Below, piece after piece: positions 8,404 to 15,296 of a DNA stretch of 15,296 nucleotides. Position 1 is the first letter of the stretch, and each line of letters starts with the position of its first letter. The position numbers and the translations under genes are program-made. This DNA is from a virus (Duplodnaviria > Heunggongvirae > Uroviricota > Caudoviricetes): the IMG/VR virus record IMGVR_UViG_2713896777_000009. One strand, written 5' to 3'. The notes under the pieces were generated by a model. It was given only the letters and a program-made list of their open reading frames with translations, was not told the DNA's origin and did not search any database.

Positions 8404-9413
8404 AGATCCACCCCGTAAATCCAGTCTGTGTTTGTCAGGTCGAGTTTTGGTTTGCCGACTGTCACGCCAGCCTGTTGCTTGTTCCGGTTGATTTCGAGCT
8501 GGGTCCACTTGTCGCGGAGTTTGGCCGGACTCAGCACGTTACCGGACNNNNNNNNNNNNNNNNNNNNNNNNNNNNNNNNNNNNNNNNNNNNNNNNNNGCG
8601 GAGTTTGGCCGGACTCAGCACGTTACCGGACCAGAAGTTGTCCTGGCAGGCCCAGCGGAACAGTACACACATGTCGCGGTGGTTACGTCCATCACGTTCA
8701 CGCATCAGACGGATATCGTTAGCCCACCCTGCAAAATTCGGTTTTCTGGCTGATGGCGCGATGGTCTTCACCATGTCAAACATCCACTCTGCGGCGGTCA
8801 GGTCTTCTGCTGTCCCCCACTTGCTGCCGCTCTGAATCGCAGCATCCGCTTTCACCACAGGAAGGTCGTTTTCTGGCAGGTCAGAGGATTCGCCAGAATT
8901 CTCGGACGAATAAGGTTTTATATTGTCTTTTGTTAGTTTGTCTTTTGTGTTTACCTGATTCGGGTAAGTGCCTTTACCTGATTTGGGTAAACTTTTCTTA
9001 CCTGATTCAGGTAAATTTACCTCTTTCAGGTAAACTTTATTTTTCTTACCTGATTCGGGTAATGTTGACCATTCACTGACCACATTATTAATGCCGATAT
9101 TCCGCCCGCTCTGAATAAAAATCCCACGCTTTACCAGAACACTTTTTGCAGCAGAACACTTGTGCGGCAATATCCCGGTCAACTCGGAAAGTTGCTCGTT
9201 GCTCACCCAGTCCAGTTTTTTATTAAAGCCATATGTTTTGCGCATGACAGCCAGGAAGACCAGAAGCTGGTGCTGTGTTAATCCGGCCAGCATTACAGCT
9301 TCCAGCAACTCATTTGCAATGCGCGTATAACCATCATCGAGATCTGCCACGCGCGGCTCCTTTTGTGCCGCATCCGGCACTGGAAAATTGAATATCTCAG
9401 CAGTGTTTGCCAT
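8400..9413 (-). CDS. O: Replication initiator O (lambda O family); N-terminal origin-binding domain differs from lambda, C-terminal P-interaction domain is lambda-like; interrupted by the 8548..8597 gap
   Basis: Translation MANTAEIFNFPVP...VADLDDGY...TYPNQVNTKDKLTKDNIKPYSSENSGESSD...FWSGNVLSPAKLRDKWTQLEINRNKQQAGV...DLTNTDWIYGVDL; ATG 9413 with GGAGG RBS. Iterons lie inside the gene. Confidence 0.9.
   Translation of the reverse strand: MANTAEIFNFPVPDAAQKEPRVADLDDGYTRIANELLEAVMLAGLTQHQLLVFLAVMRKTYGFNKKLDWVSNEQLSELTGILPHKCSAAKSVLVKRGIFIQSGRNIGINNVVSEWSTLPESGKKNKVYLKEVNLPESGKKSLPKSGKGTYPNQVNTKDKLTKDNIKPYSSENSGESSDLPENDLPVVKADAAIQSGSKWGTAEDLTAAEWMFDMVKTIAPSARKPNFAGWANDIRLMRERDGRNHRDMCVLFRWACQDNFWSGNVLSPAKLRXXXXXXXXXXXXXXXXXSGNVLSPAKLRDKWTQLEINRNKQQAGVTVGKPKLDLTNTDWIYGVDL
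8548..8597. other. Assembly/scaffold gap (50 N) flanked by an identical 34-bp sequence on both sides
   Basis: gcggagtttggccggactcagcacgttaccggac occurs at 8514..8547 and again at 8598..8631, indicating overlapping contig ends joined with N. Confidence 0.9.
8896..9064. promoter_or_regulatory. Replication origin within O: five iteron-like palindromic repeats (TTACCTGATTCGGGTAA core) adjacent to an AT-rich stretch
   Basis: Repeats at about 8950, 8974, 8998, 9017 and 9046, each about 19 bp with TTACC...GGTAA symmetry; AT-rich tract 8896..8949 lies on the gene-downstream side, as in lambda ori. Confidence 0.8.
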
Positions 9414-9499
9414 AATTCCTCCCGCAATGAGTGTGTTACGATTTGCACCTGAAAGTCGGTTCTGTTCCAGCAGACCGGCTTTCGCCATTTCTGAACCTG

Positions 9500-10039
9500 T
9501 CATATCGCCCCCAGCATGGTAGTAACCATCGCCATCAATGGACCAGCCAGCTCTGGGTCCACACGAAACATCGACACAATACCTTCACTAATTTCCTTCA
9601 GTTTCTGGTGGCGTGGTGCGTTGAGAATGACAGCCTGTTTTGCCTCACTGAGTTCCTTTTCCATTTCAGCCAACCTAGCCATGAAGCTATCCTGCTCAAC
9701 CAGGTAACCGCGATATTCCAGCGGTAGTACCGCCAGAATTGCCGGGGTCAGTTCACGCACGTTATTTCGGTATTTTTCAGAATCGAATTTGTTATCGAGG
9801 AAGCGGAACAGCTTCTGGCGTGTACGGCTGACATCATCAGGGAAATCGATGGTGCCGCCGCCCTGCTCCCGATACTCATTCACAATGAGTGTGGCAACGA
9901 CATCCTGATTATCTACAGCCGACCAGGCGCGGACGGCATCACGGATTTTTTCGTGGCCTGGCACCTGTTTTGTTTGAGAACGATTTATCACCGCAGTCGG
10001 GCTAAATCCGCTAGTCTGTTGGTATGGAAGTGGTTGCAT
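9500..10039 (-). CDS. Hypothetical early protein (179 aa) in the cII position between cro and O; possibly a YdaT/CII-like regulator (family assignment unverified)
   Basis: ORF MQPLPYQQTSGFSPTAVINRSQTKQVPGHEKIRDAVRAWSAVDNQDVVATLIVNEYREQ...; strong RBS AAGGAG 6 nt before ATG 10039. Confidence 0.6.
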   Translation of the reverse strand: MQPLPYQQTSGFSPTAVINRSQTKQVPGHEKIRDAVRAWSAVDNQDVVATLIVNEYREQGGGTIDFPDDVSRTRQKLFRFLDNKFDSEKYRNNVRELTPAILAVLPLEYRGYLVEQDSFMARLAEMEKELSEAKQAVILNAPRHQKLKEISEGIVSMFRVDPELAGPLMAMVTTMLGAI

Positions 10040-10085
10040 AATTGACTCCTTTAGTTTGAATTGACTGTTAAGTTGATTGCTTATT

Positions 10086-10097
10086 GTTAAAGAGCGT
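10086..10097 (-). promoter_or_regulatory. boxA-like element (CGCTCTTTAACA) in the cro-distal intergenic region; no adjacent boxB hairpin
   Basis: Minus-strand sequence matches the boxA consensus CGCTCTT(T)A; no GC stem-loop follows it. Confidence 0.3.
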
Positions 10098-10108
10098 GAA
10101 ATGGAAAT

Positions 10109-10339
10109 TTAAGCTGCGTTCTTTTCGGTGTGTGGAAACAACTTCGGAAGATCCGGGCGAATCTGGTATGCCTTCACTACTCCACCAGTAGCCGTAACAA
10201 TGCTGCCGACATGTTCAGGGGATACCTTTGCTTTGTTGTGAAGCCACTTATAGACGGCCTGCTGTGAAACTTCGCAGGCAGCGCCCAGTTTCTTTTGTGA
10301 ACCAACGATATTGATCGCTGTTTTGATAGCTGGGTTCAT
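10109..10339 (-). CDS. cro: Cro-like transcriptional repressor (76 aa, HTH)
   Basis: Translation MNPAIKTAINIVGSQKKLGAACEVSQQAVYKWLHNKAKVSPEHV...; divergent from cI across an operator-bearing intergenic region; RBS GGAGG 5 nt before ATG 10339. Confidence 0.72.
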   Translation of the reverse strand: MNPAIKTAINIVGSQKKLGAACEVSQQAVYKWLHNKAKVSPEHVGSIVTATGGVVKAYQIRPDLPKLFPHTEKNAA

Positions 10340-10443
10340 AACAACCTCCGTGGTTAATTTGAATCAAGATTAAAACTATGGTTGTTTTTAGTCAACAACC
10401 ATTTTCGTTTGATGGAATAAAACCTTGGTTGTACATTTGGACT
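10340..10443. promoter_or_regulatory. Immunity-region right operator/promoter region (OR with divergent pR and pRM)
   Basis: pR on the minus strand: -35 TTGACT (10390..10395), 17-bp spacer, -10 TTAATC (10368..10373). pRM on the plus strand: -35 TTGATG (10409..10414), 17-bp spacer, -10 TACATT (10432..10437), 6 nt before the cI ATG. Repeated half-sites AACAACC/GGTTGTT, including the palindrome ATGGTTGTT-N7-AACAACCAT. Confidence 0.6.
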
Positions 10444-11133
10444 ATGAAAACAACACTCTCAGAAAGACTTAAAGAAGCCAGATTAGCGCGAGGCCTTACA
10501 CAAAAGGCGCTTGGGGATTTGGTCGGGGTTAGCCAGGCTGCTATTCAGAAAATCGAAACAGGGAAAGCTAATCAAACAACTAAAATCGTGGAGATCGCGA
10601 ACGCTTTGGGTGTGCGCGCAGAATGGTTATCTTCTGGCGTTGGAAATATGTCAGACAGTACAGTGCAACCAATACAATCAACTGTCAGCCATTCCAAATA
10701 CTTCAAGATTGACGTTCTTGATATAGAAGTCAGTGCTGGGCCGGGAGTCATCAACCGTGAGTTTGTAGAAGTTCTACGCTCGGTTGAGTACTCGTTTGAC
10801 GATGCTCGTCACATGTTCGATGGTAGGAAGGCAGAAAATATCCGCATCATTAACGTGCGTGGTGACAGCATGTCAGGAACGATCGAACCAGGTGATCTGC
10901 TGTTCGTTGATATCACGGTTAAATCTTTCGACGGTGATGGTATCTATGCATTTCTGTACGACGACACCGCCCATGTAAAGCGCCTGCAAATGATGAAGGA
11001 TAAACTGCTGGTTATCTCTGATAACAAGAGCTACTCACCGTGGGACCCTATCGAGAAAGACGAGATGAACCGGGTATTCATATTCGGTAAGGTTATTGGG
11101 AGCATGCCGCAGACGTACAGAAAACACGGATAA
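10444..11133 (+). CDS. cI: CI-type prophage repressor (HTH_XRE N-terminal domain, LexA-like S24 autopeptidase C-terminal domain)
   Basis: Translation MKTTLSERLKEARLARGLTQKALGDLVGVSQAAIQKIETGK..., Ala-Gly cleavage site (EVSAGPG), catalytic GDSM serine and downstream VKRL lysine. Near-leaderless start as for lambda pRM-cI. Confidence 0.9.
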   Translation: MKTTLSERLKEARLARGLTQKALGDLVGVSQAAIQKIETGKANQTTKIVEIANALGVRAEWLSSGVGNMSDSTVQPIQSTVSHSKYFKIDVLDIEVSAGPGVINREFVEVLRSVEYSFDDARHMFDGRKAENIRIINVRGDSMSGTIEPGDLLFVDITVKSFDGDGIYAFLYDDTAHVKRLQMMKDKLLVISDNKSYSPWDPIEKDEMNRVFIFGKVIGSMPQTYRKHG

Positions 11134-11214
11134 TCAGCCGCGTGTTGATGAGGCTTTTGGGTAATACGCTGAAGAAAATACCTTATAAAAAATAACATTA
11201 CGGGAAAGGCAAAA

Positions 11215-11478
11215 ATGAGTAATAAAACACTTGTTAAAAAATCAAATAACTGTGTCGATGCATACGCCGACGCGTTTGGCTACTCTTCGTTTGGTGACGG
11301 CTCTCAGCGCCTAGGTTCAATTTCTTTTTTTCATAATGTAACTGAATGGCCTGTTGATGAAAGTGACGATGTTGAGAACATAAAGTACAACATTGCAACC
11401 ATTAGAATGCCCGAAGAATTGATGCTTAAATTGGCTGACTTCATTCGCGACCAGCATGACAAAGCTAAAACAAACTAA
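11215..11478 (+). CDS. Hypothetical acidic protein (87 aa) immediately downstream of cI (rex position)
   Basis: ORF MSNKTLVKKSNNCVDAYADAFGYSSFGDGSQRLGS...; RBS GGAAAGG before the ATG; AT-rich relative to cI. No family recognised. Confidence 0.55.
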   Translation: MSNKTLVKKSNNCVDAYADAFGYSSFGDGSQRLGSISFFHNVTEWPVDESDDVENIKYNIATIRMPEELMLKLADFIRDQHDKAKTN

Positions 11479-11490
11479 TCGTAATTAATT

Positions 11491-11934
11491 ATGAAACACG
11501 ATTATTACGAAGCTCCAAACCTAAATGATAAAATTGCAAAGGCGGCAGAATCATTTTGTTTGCACTCCAGTGCGTCTTCCCAGCTAGCAGGTATATCTGG
11601 AAAAAGATGGGACATGCTACAATCAAGTGGTAGCAGTGGGTCTGGGAGTGATAACATGCCTGAAAAAGTTGCAAAACTGGAGTCCGATGTTGCTCATATC
11701 AAACGAGACGTTGATGAACTTAAAACAGACGTTAAAGCTATCGACAAAAATATGATAACTATTCTTGCACGTCTGGACTCTATAAAAGAATCCTTAACAA
11801 ACAAGCCATCAAGTGATGCTGTCGATAGAAAGATTTCAGACGCAAAGCTTGCGGTATTGCTTGGTGTTCCAGCAATCATCGCTGCAGGAACAGGACTTTA
11901 TAAGCTATCAATGTACTTTTTCTTTAGTGCTTAA
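11491..11934 (+). CDS. Hypothetical protein with Gly/Ser linker, coiled-coil segment and C-terminal transmembrane helix (147 aa; alternative start at 11656 gives a 92-aa XhlA-like membrane protein)
   Basis: ORF ...SSGSSGSGSDNMPEKVAKLESDVAHIKRDVDELKTDVKAIDKNMITILARLDSIKESL...LAVLLGVPAIIAAGTGLY...; the ATG at 11656 has a GGGAG RBS while the ATG at 11491 has none obvious. Confidence 0.55.
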   Translation: MKHDYYEAPNLNDKIAKAAESFCLHSSASSQLAGISGKRWDMLQSSGSSGSGSDNMPEKVAKLESDVAHIKRDVDELKTDVKAIDKNMITILARLDSIKESLTNKPSSDAVDRKISDAKLAVLLGVPAIIAAGTGLYKLSMYFFFSA

Positions 11935-12011
11935 GAAAATGCTCGCACCCTTGCATTAGGTAAAGCGATTTTTCATTCCCCATTACCCTCGCTCTTAACC
12001 AATCATCTAAA

Positions 12012-12039
12012 CCCGGCCACCGTGCCGGGTTTTCTTTTG
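12012..12039 (+). terminator. Rho-independent terminator ending the cI/rex-position operon (CCCGGC-caccgt-GCCGGG followed by TTTTCTTTT)
   Basis: GC-rich stem-loop followed by a T-tract on the plus strand; a boxA-like CGCTCTTAA lies about 20 nt upstream at 11990. Confidence 0.7.
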
Positions 12040-12164
12040 CCCTCCCCTCATCATACACCGTTCAAAAAAACCACCACGACCTCGCTTCAGTTATCGCTAT
12101 GCGATGCAAGTCACAAAATAAATCCATCTTAAATACAACCAGTTATATCTAAAACAACCAACAA

Positions 12165-12207
12165 AACAACTTTTGTTGTTGACGATAAAACAACTATAGT
12201 TTTAAAT
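12165..12207 (+). promoter_or_regulatory. pL-like early-left promoter with overlapping operator (OL)
   Basis: TTGACG-ataaaacaactatagtt-TTAAAT is nearly identical in architecture to pR (TTGACT-aaaaacaaccatagttt-TAATC). Palindrome AACAAC-TTTT-GTTGTT overlaps the -35, and further AACAACC half-sites lie upstream at 12150..12170. Confidence 0.5.
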
Positions 12208-12212
12208 GAGTT

Positions 12213-12301
12213 CATCGCAACAACACAACGATACGGCAATCACCTGATTCACCGTTGCGATGACCGCTTAGATCCGCAGCTTGAATTTCAGCAGGCTTCG
12301 G
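12213..12301 (+). ncRNA. Two stem-loops in the pL leader (possible put-like cis-acting antitermination RNA, or a nut remnant); speculative
   Basis: Stem I: CATCGCAAC (12213..12221) pairs perfectly with GTTGCGATG (12254..12262). Stem II: CCGCAGCUUG (12274..12283), loop aauuucag, CAGGCUUCGG (12292..12301), 9 of 10 pairs. No N-like ORF lies between pL and kil/gam. Confidence 0.25.
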
Positions 12302-12484
12302 GGAGTGCGAGGGATGAAACGGACGCGTGAACGTCGGTGTGACCAGCTGAAATCAACTCAACATTTCATACCTTAGTCGCTTCAACGAGGCGGCTTAGTT
12401 ATGACAACCGGCGGCCATCCACCGCCTGAATACGCGCAGAAGTCTTTATATGTTCAGCAGCCCAGCTTACGGGCAGGAGTTTTT

Positions 12485-12691
12485 ATGGTTCATCAACATT
12501 ACGGAACGCAGACCGTTAATCGCGGTGCGGTCATGCCAGGAATGCTGGTCAAACGCAAAGATGGTACCTGGACTGCATCAGCTAATTTACGCGGACGACT
12601 TTATCTGCATCGCGGCATTGAGCGCACTTATACCCGTGACTTGCTCGTGGAAGTTTTTCTCGACGGACGCGGCAACGCTCTGAATCACTAA
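12485..12691 (+). CDS. Kil-like small protein (68 aa; possible KilR-family host cell-division inhibitor) upstream of gam
   Basis: ATG 12485 preceded by GGAG; translation MVHQHYGTQTVNRGAVMPGMLVKRKDGTWTASANLRGRLYLHRGIERTYTRDLLVEVFLDGRGNALNH. Family assignment is from recalled similarity only. The upstream 28 codons of the ORF-track ORF lack an RBS. Confidence 0.4.
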   Translation: MVHQHYGTQTVNRGAVMPGMLVKRKDGTWTASANLRGRLYLHRGIERTYTRDLLVEVFLDGRGNALNH

Positions 12692-12766
12692 TCCCCTTTC
12701 CTGTTTTCCGAATCAGCCTGGCATTCCGCGGGCGATTTTTTCACAGCCATTTTCAGGAGTTCAGCC

Positions 12767-13063
12767 ATGAACGCTTATTACATTCAGGATCGTCTTGAGG
12801 CTCAGAGCTGGGCGCGTCACTACCAGCAGATCGCCCGTGAAGAGAAAGAGGCAGAACTGGCAGACGACATGGAAAAAGGCCTGCCCCAGCACCTGTTTGA
12901 ATCGCTATGCATCGATCATTTGCAACGCCACGGGGCCAGCAAAAAAGCCATTACCCGTGCGTTTGATGACGATGTTGAGTTTCAGGAACGCATGGCAGAA
13001 CACATCCGGTACATGGTTGAAACCATTGCTCACCACCAGGTTGATATTGATTCAGAGGTATAA
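12767..13063 (+). CDS. gam: Gam (RecBCD inhibitor), short GamS form (98 aa)
   Basis: Translation [60 protein letters not shown]...[10 protein letters not shown] matches lambda Gam; RBS AGGAG. An in-frame TAA at 12689 precludes a lambda-like GamL extension. Confidence 0.9.
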   Translation: MNAYYIQDRLEAQSWARHYQQIAREEKEAELADDMEKGLPQHLFESLCIDHLQRHGASKKAITRAFDDDVEFQERMAEHIRYMVETIAHHQVDIDSEV

Positions 13064-13068
13064 AACGG

Positions 13069-13854
13069 ATGAGTACAGCACTCGCAACGCTGGCAGGGAA
13101 GCTGGCTGAACGTGTCGGCATGGATTCTGTCGACCCACAGGAACTGATCACCACTCTTCGCCAGACGGCATTTAAAGGTGATGCCAGCGATGCGCAGTTC
13201 ATCGCATTGCTGATCGTCGCCAACCAGTACGGCCTTAATCCGTGGACGAAAGAAATTTACGCCTTCCCTGATAAGCAGAACGGCATTGTTCCGGTGGTGG
13301 GCGTTGATGGCTGGTCCCGCATCATCAATGAAAACCAGCAGTTTGATGGCATGGACTTTGAGCAGGACAATGAATCCTGTACATGCCGGATTTACCGCAA
13401 GGACCGTAATCATCCGATCTGCGTTACCGAATGGATGGATGAATGCCGCCGCGAACCATTCAAAACCCGCGAAGGCAGAGAAATCACGGGGCCGTGGCAG
13501 TCGCATCCCAAACGGATGTTACGGCATAAAGCCATGATTCAGTGTGCCCGTCTGGCCTTCGGATTTGCTGGTATCTATGACAAGGATGAAGCCGAGCGCA
13601 TTGTCGAAAATACTGCATACACTGCAGAACGTCAGCCAGAACGCGACATCACTCCGGTTAACGATGAAACCATGCAGGAGATTAACACTCTGCTGATCGC
13701 CCTGGATAAAACATGGGATGACGACTTATTGCCGCTCTGTTCCCAGATATTTCGCCGCGACATTCGTGCATCGTCAGAACTGACACAGGCCGAAGCAGTA
13801 AAAGCTCTTGGATTCCTGAAACAAAAAGCCACTGAACAGAAGGTGGCAGCATGA
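13069..13854 (+). CDS. bet: Bet / Red-beta single-strand annealing recombinase (261 aa)
   Basis: Translation [66 protein letters not shown]... is essentially lambda Red-beta. Confidence 0.95.
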   Translation: MSTALATLAGKLAERVGMDSVDPQELITTLRQTAFKGDASDAQFIALLIVANQYGLNPWTKEIYAFPDKQNGIVPVVGVDGWSRIINENQQFDGMDFEQDNESCTCRIYRKDRNHPICVTEWMDECRREPFKTREGREITGPWQSHPKRMLRHKAMIQCARLAFGFAGIYDKDEAERIVENTAYTAERQPERDITPVNDETMQEINTLLIALDKTWDDDLLPLCSQIFRRDIRASSELTQAEAVKALGFLKQKATEQKVAA

Positions 13855-14531
13855 CACCGGACATTATCCTGCAGCGTACTGGGATCGACGTGAGAGCTGT
13901 CGAACAGGGAGATGATGCGTGGCACAAATTACGGCTCGGCGTCATCACAGCTTCAGAAATTCACAACGTAATAGCAAAACCCCGATCAGGAAAGAAGTGG
14001 CCTGACATGAAAATGTCCTACTTCCACACCCTGCTGGCTGAGGTTTGCACCGGTGTGGCTCCGGAAGTTAATGCTAAGGCGCTGGCCTGGGGAAAACAGT
14101 ACGAGAACGACGCCAGAACCCTGTTTGAATTCACTTCCGGCGTGAATATTACTGAATCCCCGATCATCTATCGCGACGAAAGTATGCGCACCGCCTGCTC
14201 TCCCGATGGTTTATGCAGTGACGGCAACGGCCTTGAACTGAAATGCCCGTTTACCTCCCGGGATTTCATGAAATTCCGGCTCGGTGGTTTCGAGGCAATA
14301 AAATCGGCTTACATGGCCCAGGTGCAGTACAGCATGTGGGTGACGCGAAAAGATGCCTGGTACTTTGCCAACTATGACCCGCGCATGAAGCGTGAAGGCC
14401 TGCATTATGTCGTGATTGAGCGGAATGAAAAGTACATGGCGAGTTTTGACGAGATGGTGCCGGAGTTCATCGAAAAAATGGACGAGGCACTGGCTGAAAT
14501 TGGTTTTGTATTTGGGGAGCAATGGCGATGA
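13851..14531 (+). CDS. exo: Exo / Red-alpha 5'-3' exonuclease (226 aa)
   Basis: Translation [36 protein letters not shown]... is essentially lambda Exo; start overlaps the bet stop (ATGA). Confidence 0.95.
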   Translation: MTPDIILQRTGIDVRAVEQGDDAWHKLRLGVITASEIHNVIAKPRSGKKWPDMKMSYFHTLLAEVCTGVAPEVNAKALAWGKQYENDARTLFEFTSGVNITESPIIYRDESMRTACSPDGLCSDGNGLELKCPFTSRDFMKFRLGGFEAIKSAYMAQVQYSMWVTRKDAWYFANYDPRMKREGLHYVVIERNEKYMASFDEMVPEFIEKMDEALAEIGFVFGEQWR

Positions 14532-14710
14532 CGCATCCTCACGATAATATCCGGGTAGGCGCGATCACTTTCGTCTACTCCGTTACAAAGCGAGGCTGGG
14601 TATTTCCCGGCCTTTCTGTTATCAGAAATCCACTGAAAGCACAGCGGCTGGCTGAGAAGATAAATAATAAACGGGAGGCGGTATGCACAAAGCATCTCCT
14701 GTTGAGTTAA
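14522..14710 (+). CDS. Lambda orf60a-like small protein (62 aa)
   Basis: Translation [62 protein letters not shown]; position immediately after exo, as in lambda. Confidence 0.7.
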   Translation: MAMTHPHDNIRVGAITFVYSVTKRGWVFPGLSVIRNPLKAQRLAEKINNKREAVCTKHLLLS

Positions 14711-14874
14711 GAACGAGTATTGAGATGGCACATAGCCTTGCTCAAATTGGAGTCAGGTTTGTGCCAATACCAGTAGAAACAGACGAAGAATTTCATACGT
14801 TAGCCACATCCCTTTCACAAAAGCTGGAAATGATGGCGGCGAAAGCAGAAGCAAACGAGAGAGACCCGGCATGA
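14683..14874 (+). CDS. Lambda orf63-like small protein (63 aa)
   Basis: [66 protein letters not shown]; overlaps the preceding ORF end, typical of this lambda segment. Confidence 0.6.
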   Translation: MHKASPVELRTSIEMAHSLAQIGVRFVPIPVETDEEFHTLATSLSQKLEMMAAKAEANERDPA

Positions 14875-14954
14875 CAACAACAGAATGCATTTTTCTGGCA
14901 GCAGGCTTCATATTCTGTGTGCTTATGCTTGCCGACATGGGACTTGTTCAATGA
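14871..14954 (+). CDS. Possible 27-aa hydrophobic peptide (MTTTECIFLAAGFIFCVLMLADMGLVQ)
   Basis: Short ORF whose ATG overlaps the orf63-like stop (ATGA) and whose stop overlaps the next ATG; single predicted TM helix. Weak evidence. Confidence 0.3.
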   Translation: MTTTECIFLAAGFIFCVLMLADMGLVQ

Positions 14955-15166
14955 CACCTCAGCAGGAAAACGCCCTTCGCAGCATTGCCCGTCAGGCTAA
15001 TTCTGAAATCAAAAAAGCCAGACAGCAGTTTCCGGATAAAAACGTCGATGACATTTGCCGTAGCGTACTGAAGAAGCACCGCGAAACGGTAACGCTAATG
15101 GGATTCACACCGACTCATTTAAGTCTGGCGATCGGCATGTTAAACGGCGTCTTTAAGGAGCGATGA
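14951..15166 (+). CDS. Small hypothetical protein (71 aa) of the lambda exo-xis region
   Basis: ATG 14951; translation MTPQQENALRSIARQANSEIKKARQQFPDKNVDDICRSVLKKHRETVTLMGFTPTHLSLAIGMLNGVFKER. The ORF-track 93-aa form starts at a non-ATG codon. Confidence 0.5.
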   Translation: MTPQQENALRSIARQANSEIKKARQQFPDKNVDDICRSVLKKHRETVTLMGFTPTHLSLAIGMLNGVFKER

Positions 15167-15296
15167 ACATGAAAAGCAAAATCATCAGGGAGCTACAGGC
15201 TCCTTTTTTATTGTTCGCATTCACCCTCAAGCGTATTAACCAACAATTCAGGGATTAATGGAAGATGGCAGACATCATTGATTCAGCATCAGAAAT

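Noticed and set aside
7610-8491. ORFs 7610..7945 (+), 7896..8135 (-) and 8162..8491 (+) overlapping the P gene
   Set aside because: All lie inside or antisense to P, which is confidently identified; no RBS or domain evidence.
11988-11998. boxA-like CGCTCTTAA followed by a hairpin, resembling a nutL site
   Set aside because: The hairpin is followed by a U-tract and lies upstream of the predicted pL, so it is better explained as the terminator of the cI operon; no N gene exists to use a nut site. The boxA match may be fortuitous.
12401-12484. First 28 codons of the 96-aa ORF upstream of the kil-like ATG, and the alternative-frame ORF 12450..12683
   Set aside because: The 12401 ATG has no Shine-Dalgarno and the N-terminal segment is Gly/Pro-rich filler; the internal ATG at 12485 has a GGAG RBS. 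The alternative-frame ORF has no RBS and no recognisable features.
12951-13948. Minus-strand ORFs 12951..13223, 13030..13506, 13632..13925 and 13682..13948 antisense to gam, bet and exo
   Set aside because: Embedded antisense in near-lambda-identical recombination genes; typical GC-rich antisense artefacts.
15169-15296. Short ORF MKSKIIRELQAPFLLFAFTLKRINQQFRD and a partial ORF starting MADIIDSASE at the window edge
   Set aside because: Too short or truncated to support a call; possibly the start of a lambda ea22-region gene, but this cannot be judged from about 30 nt.
1-15296. Searched for tRNA, CRISPR array, IS element, integrase or attachment-site repeats
   Set aside because: No cloverleaf-like sequence, no regularly spaced short repeats, no transposase or integrase-like ORF and no terminal inverted repeats were seen; the window appears internal to the prophage.

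Overview
This window is a large part of a lambdoid (lambda/DLP12/phage 21-like) prophage of an enterobacterium, seen in inverted lambda orientation. All protein identifications come from reading the translations and recalling known families; no database search was run. Minus strand, right to left: Cro-like repressor, a 179-aa protein in the cII position, replication genes O (with embedded ori iterons) and P, a nin-type region (ybcN/ninB-like, ninE, ybcO, rusA, ylcG), antiterminator Q, and the lysis cassette (pinholin S, SAR endolysin R, Rz start). Plus strand: a complete OmpC-family porin (NmpC-like) lying antisense between Q and S, the CI repressor followed by two small AT-rich genes in the rex position, then a pL-like promoter, a kil-like ORF, gam, bet, exo and lambda-like small ORFs. 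No N antiterminator gene is present. The most interesting candidates for undescribed biology are three AT-rich moron cassettes: (1) an overlapping HEPN-domain gene pair in the nin region, carried with a Bro-N gene between two 93-bp direct repeats; (2) the 87-aa plus 147-aa membrane/coiled-coil pair co-oriented with cI; (3) a 115-aa antisense gene between P and the nin region. Two 50-nt N runs are scaffolding gaps. No tRNA, rRNA, CRISPR array, IS element or integrase was seen.
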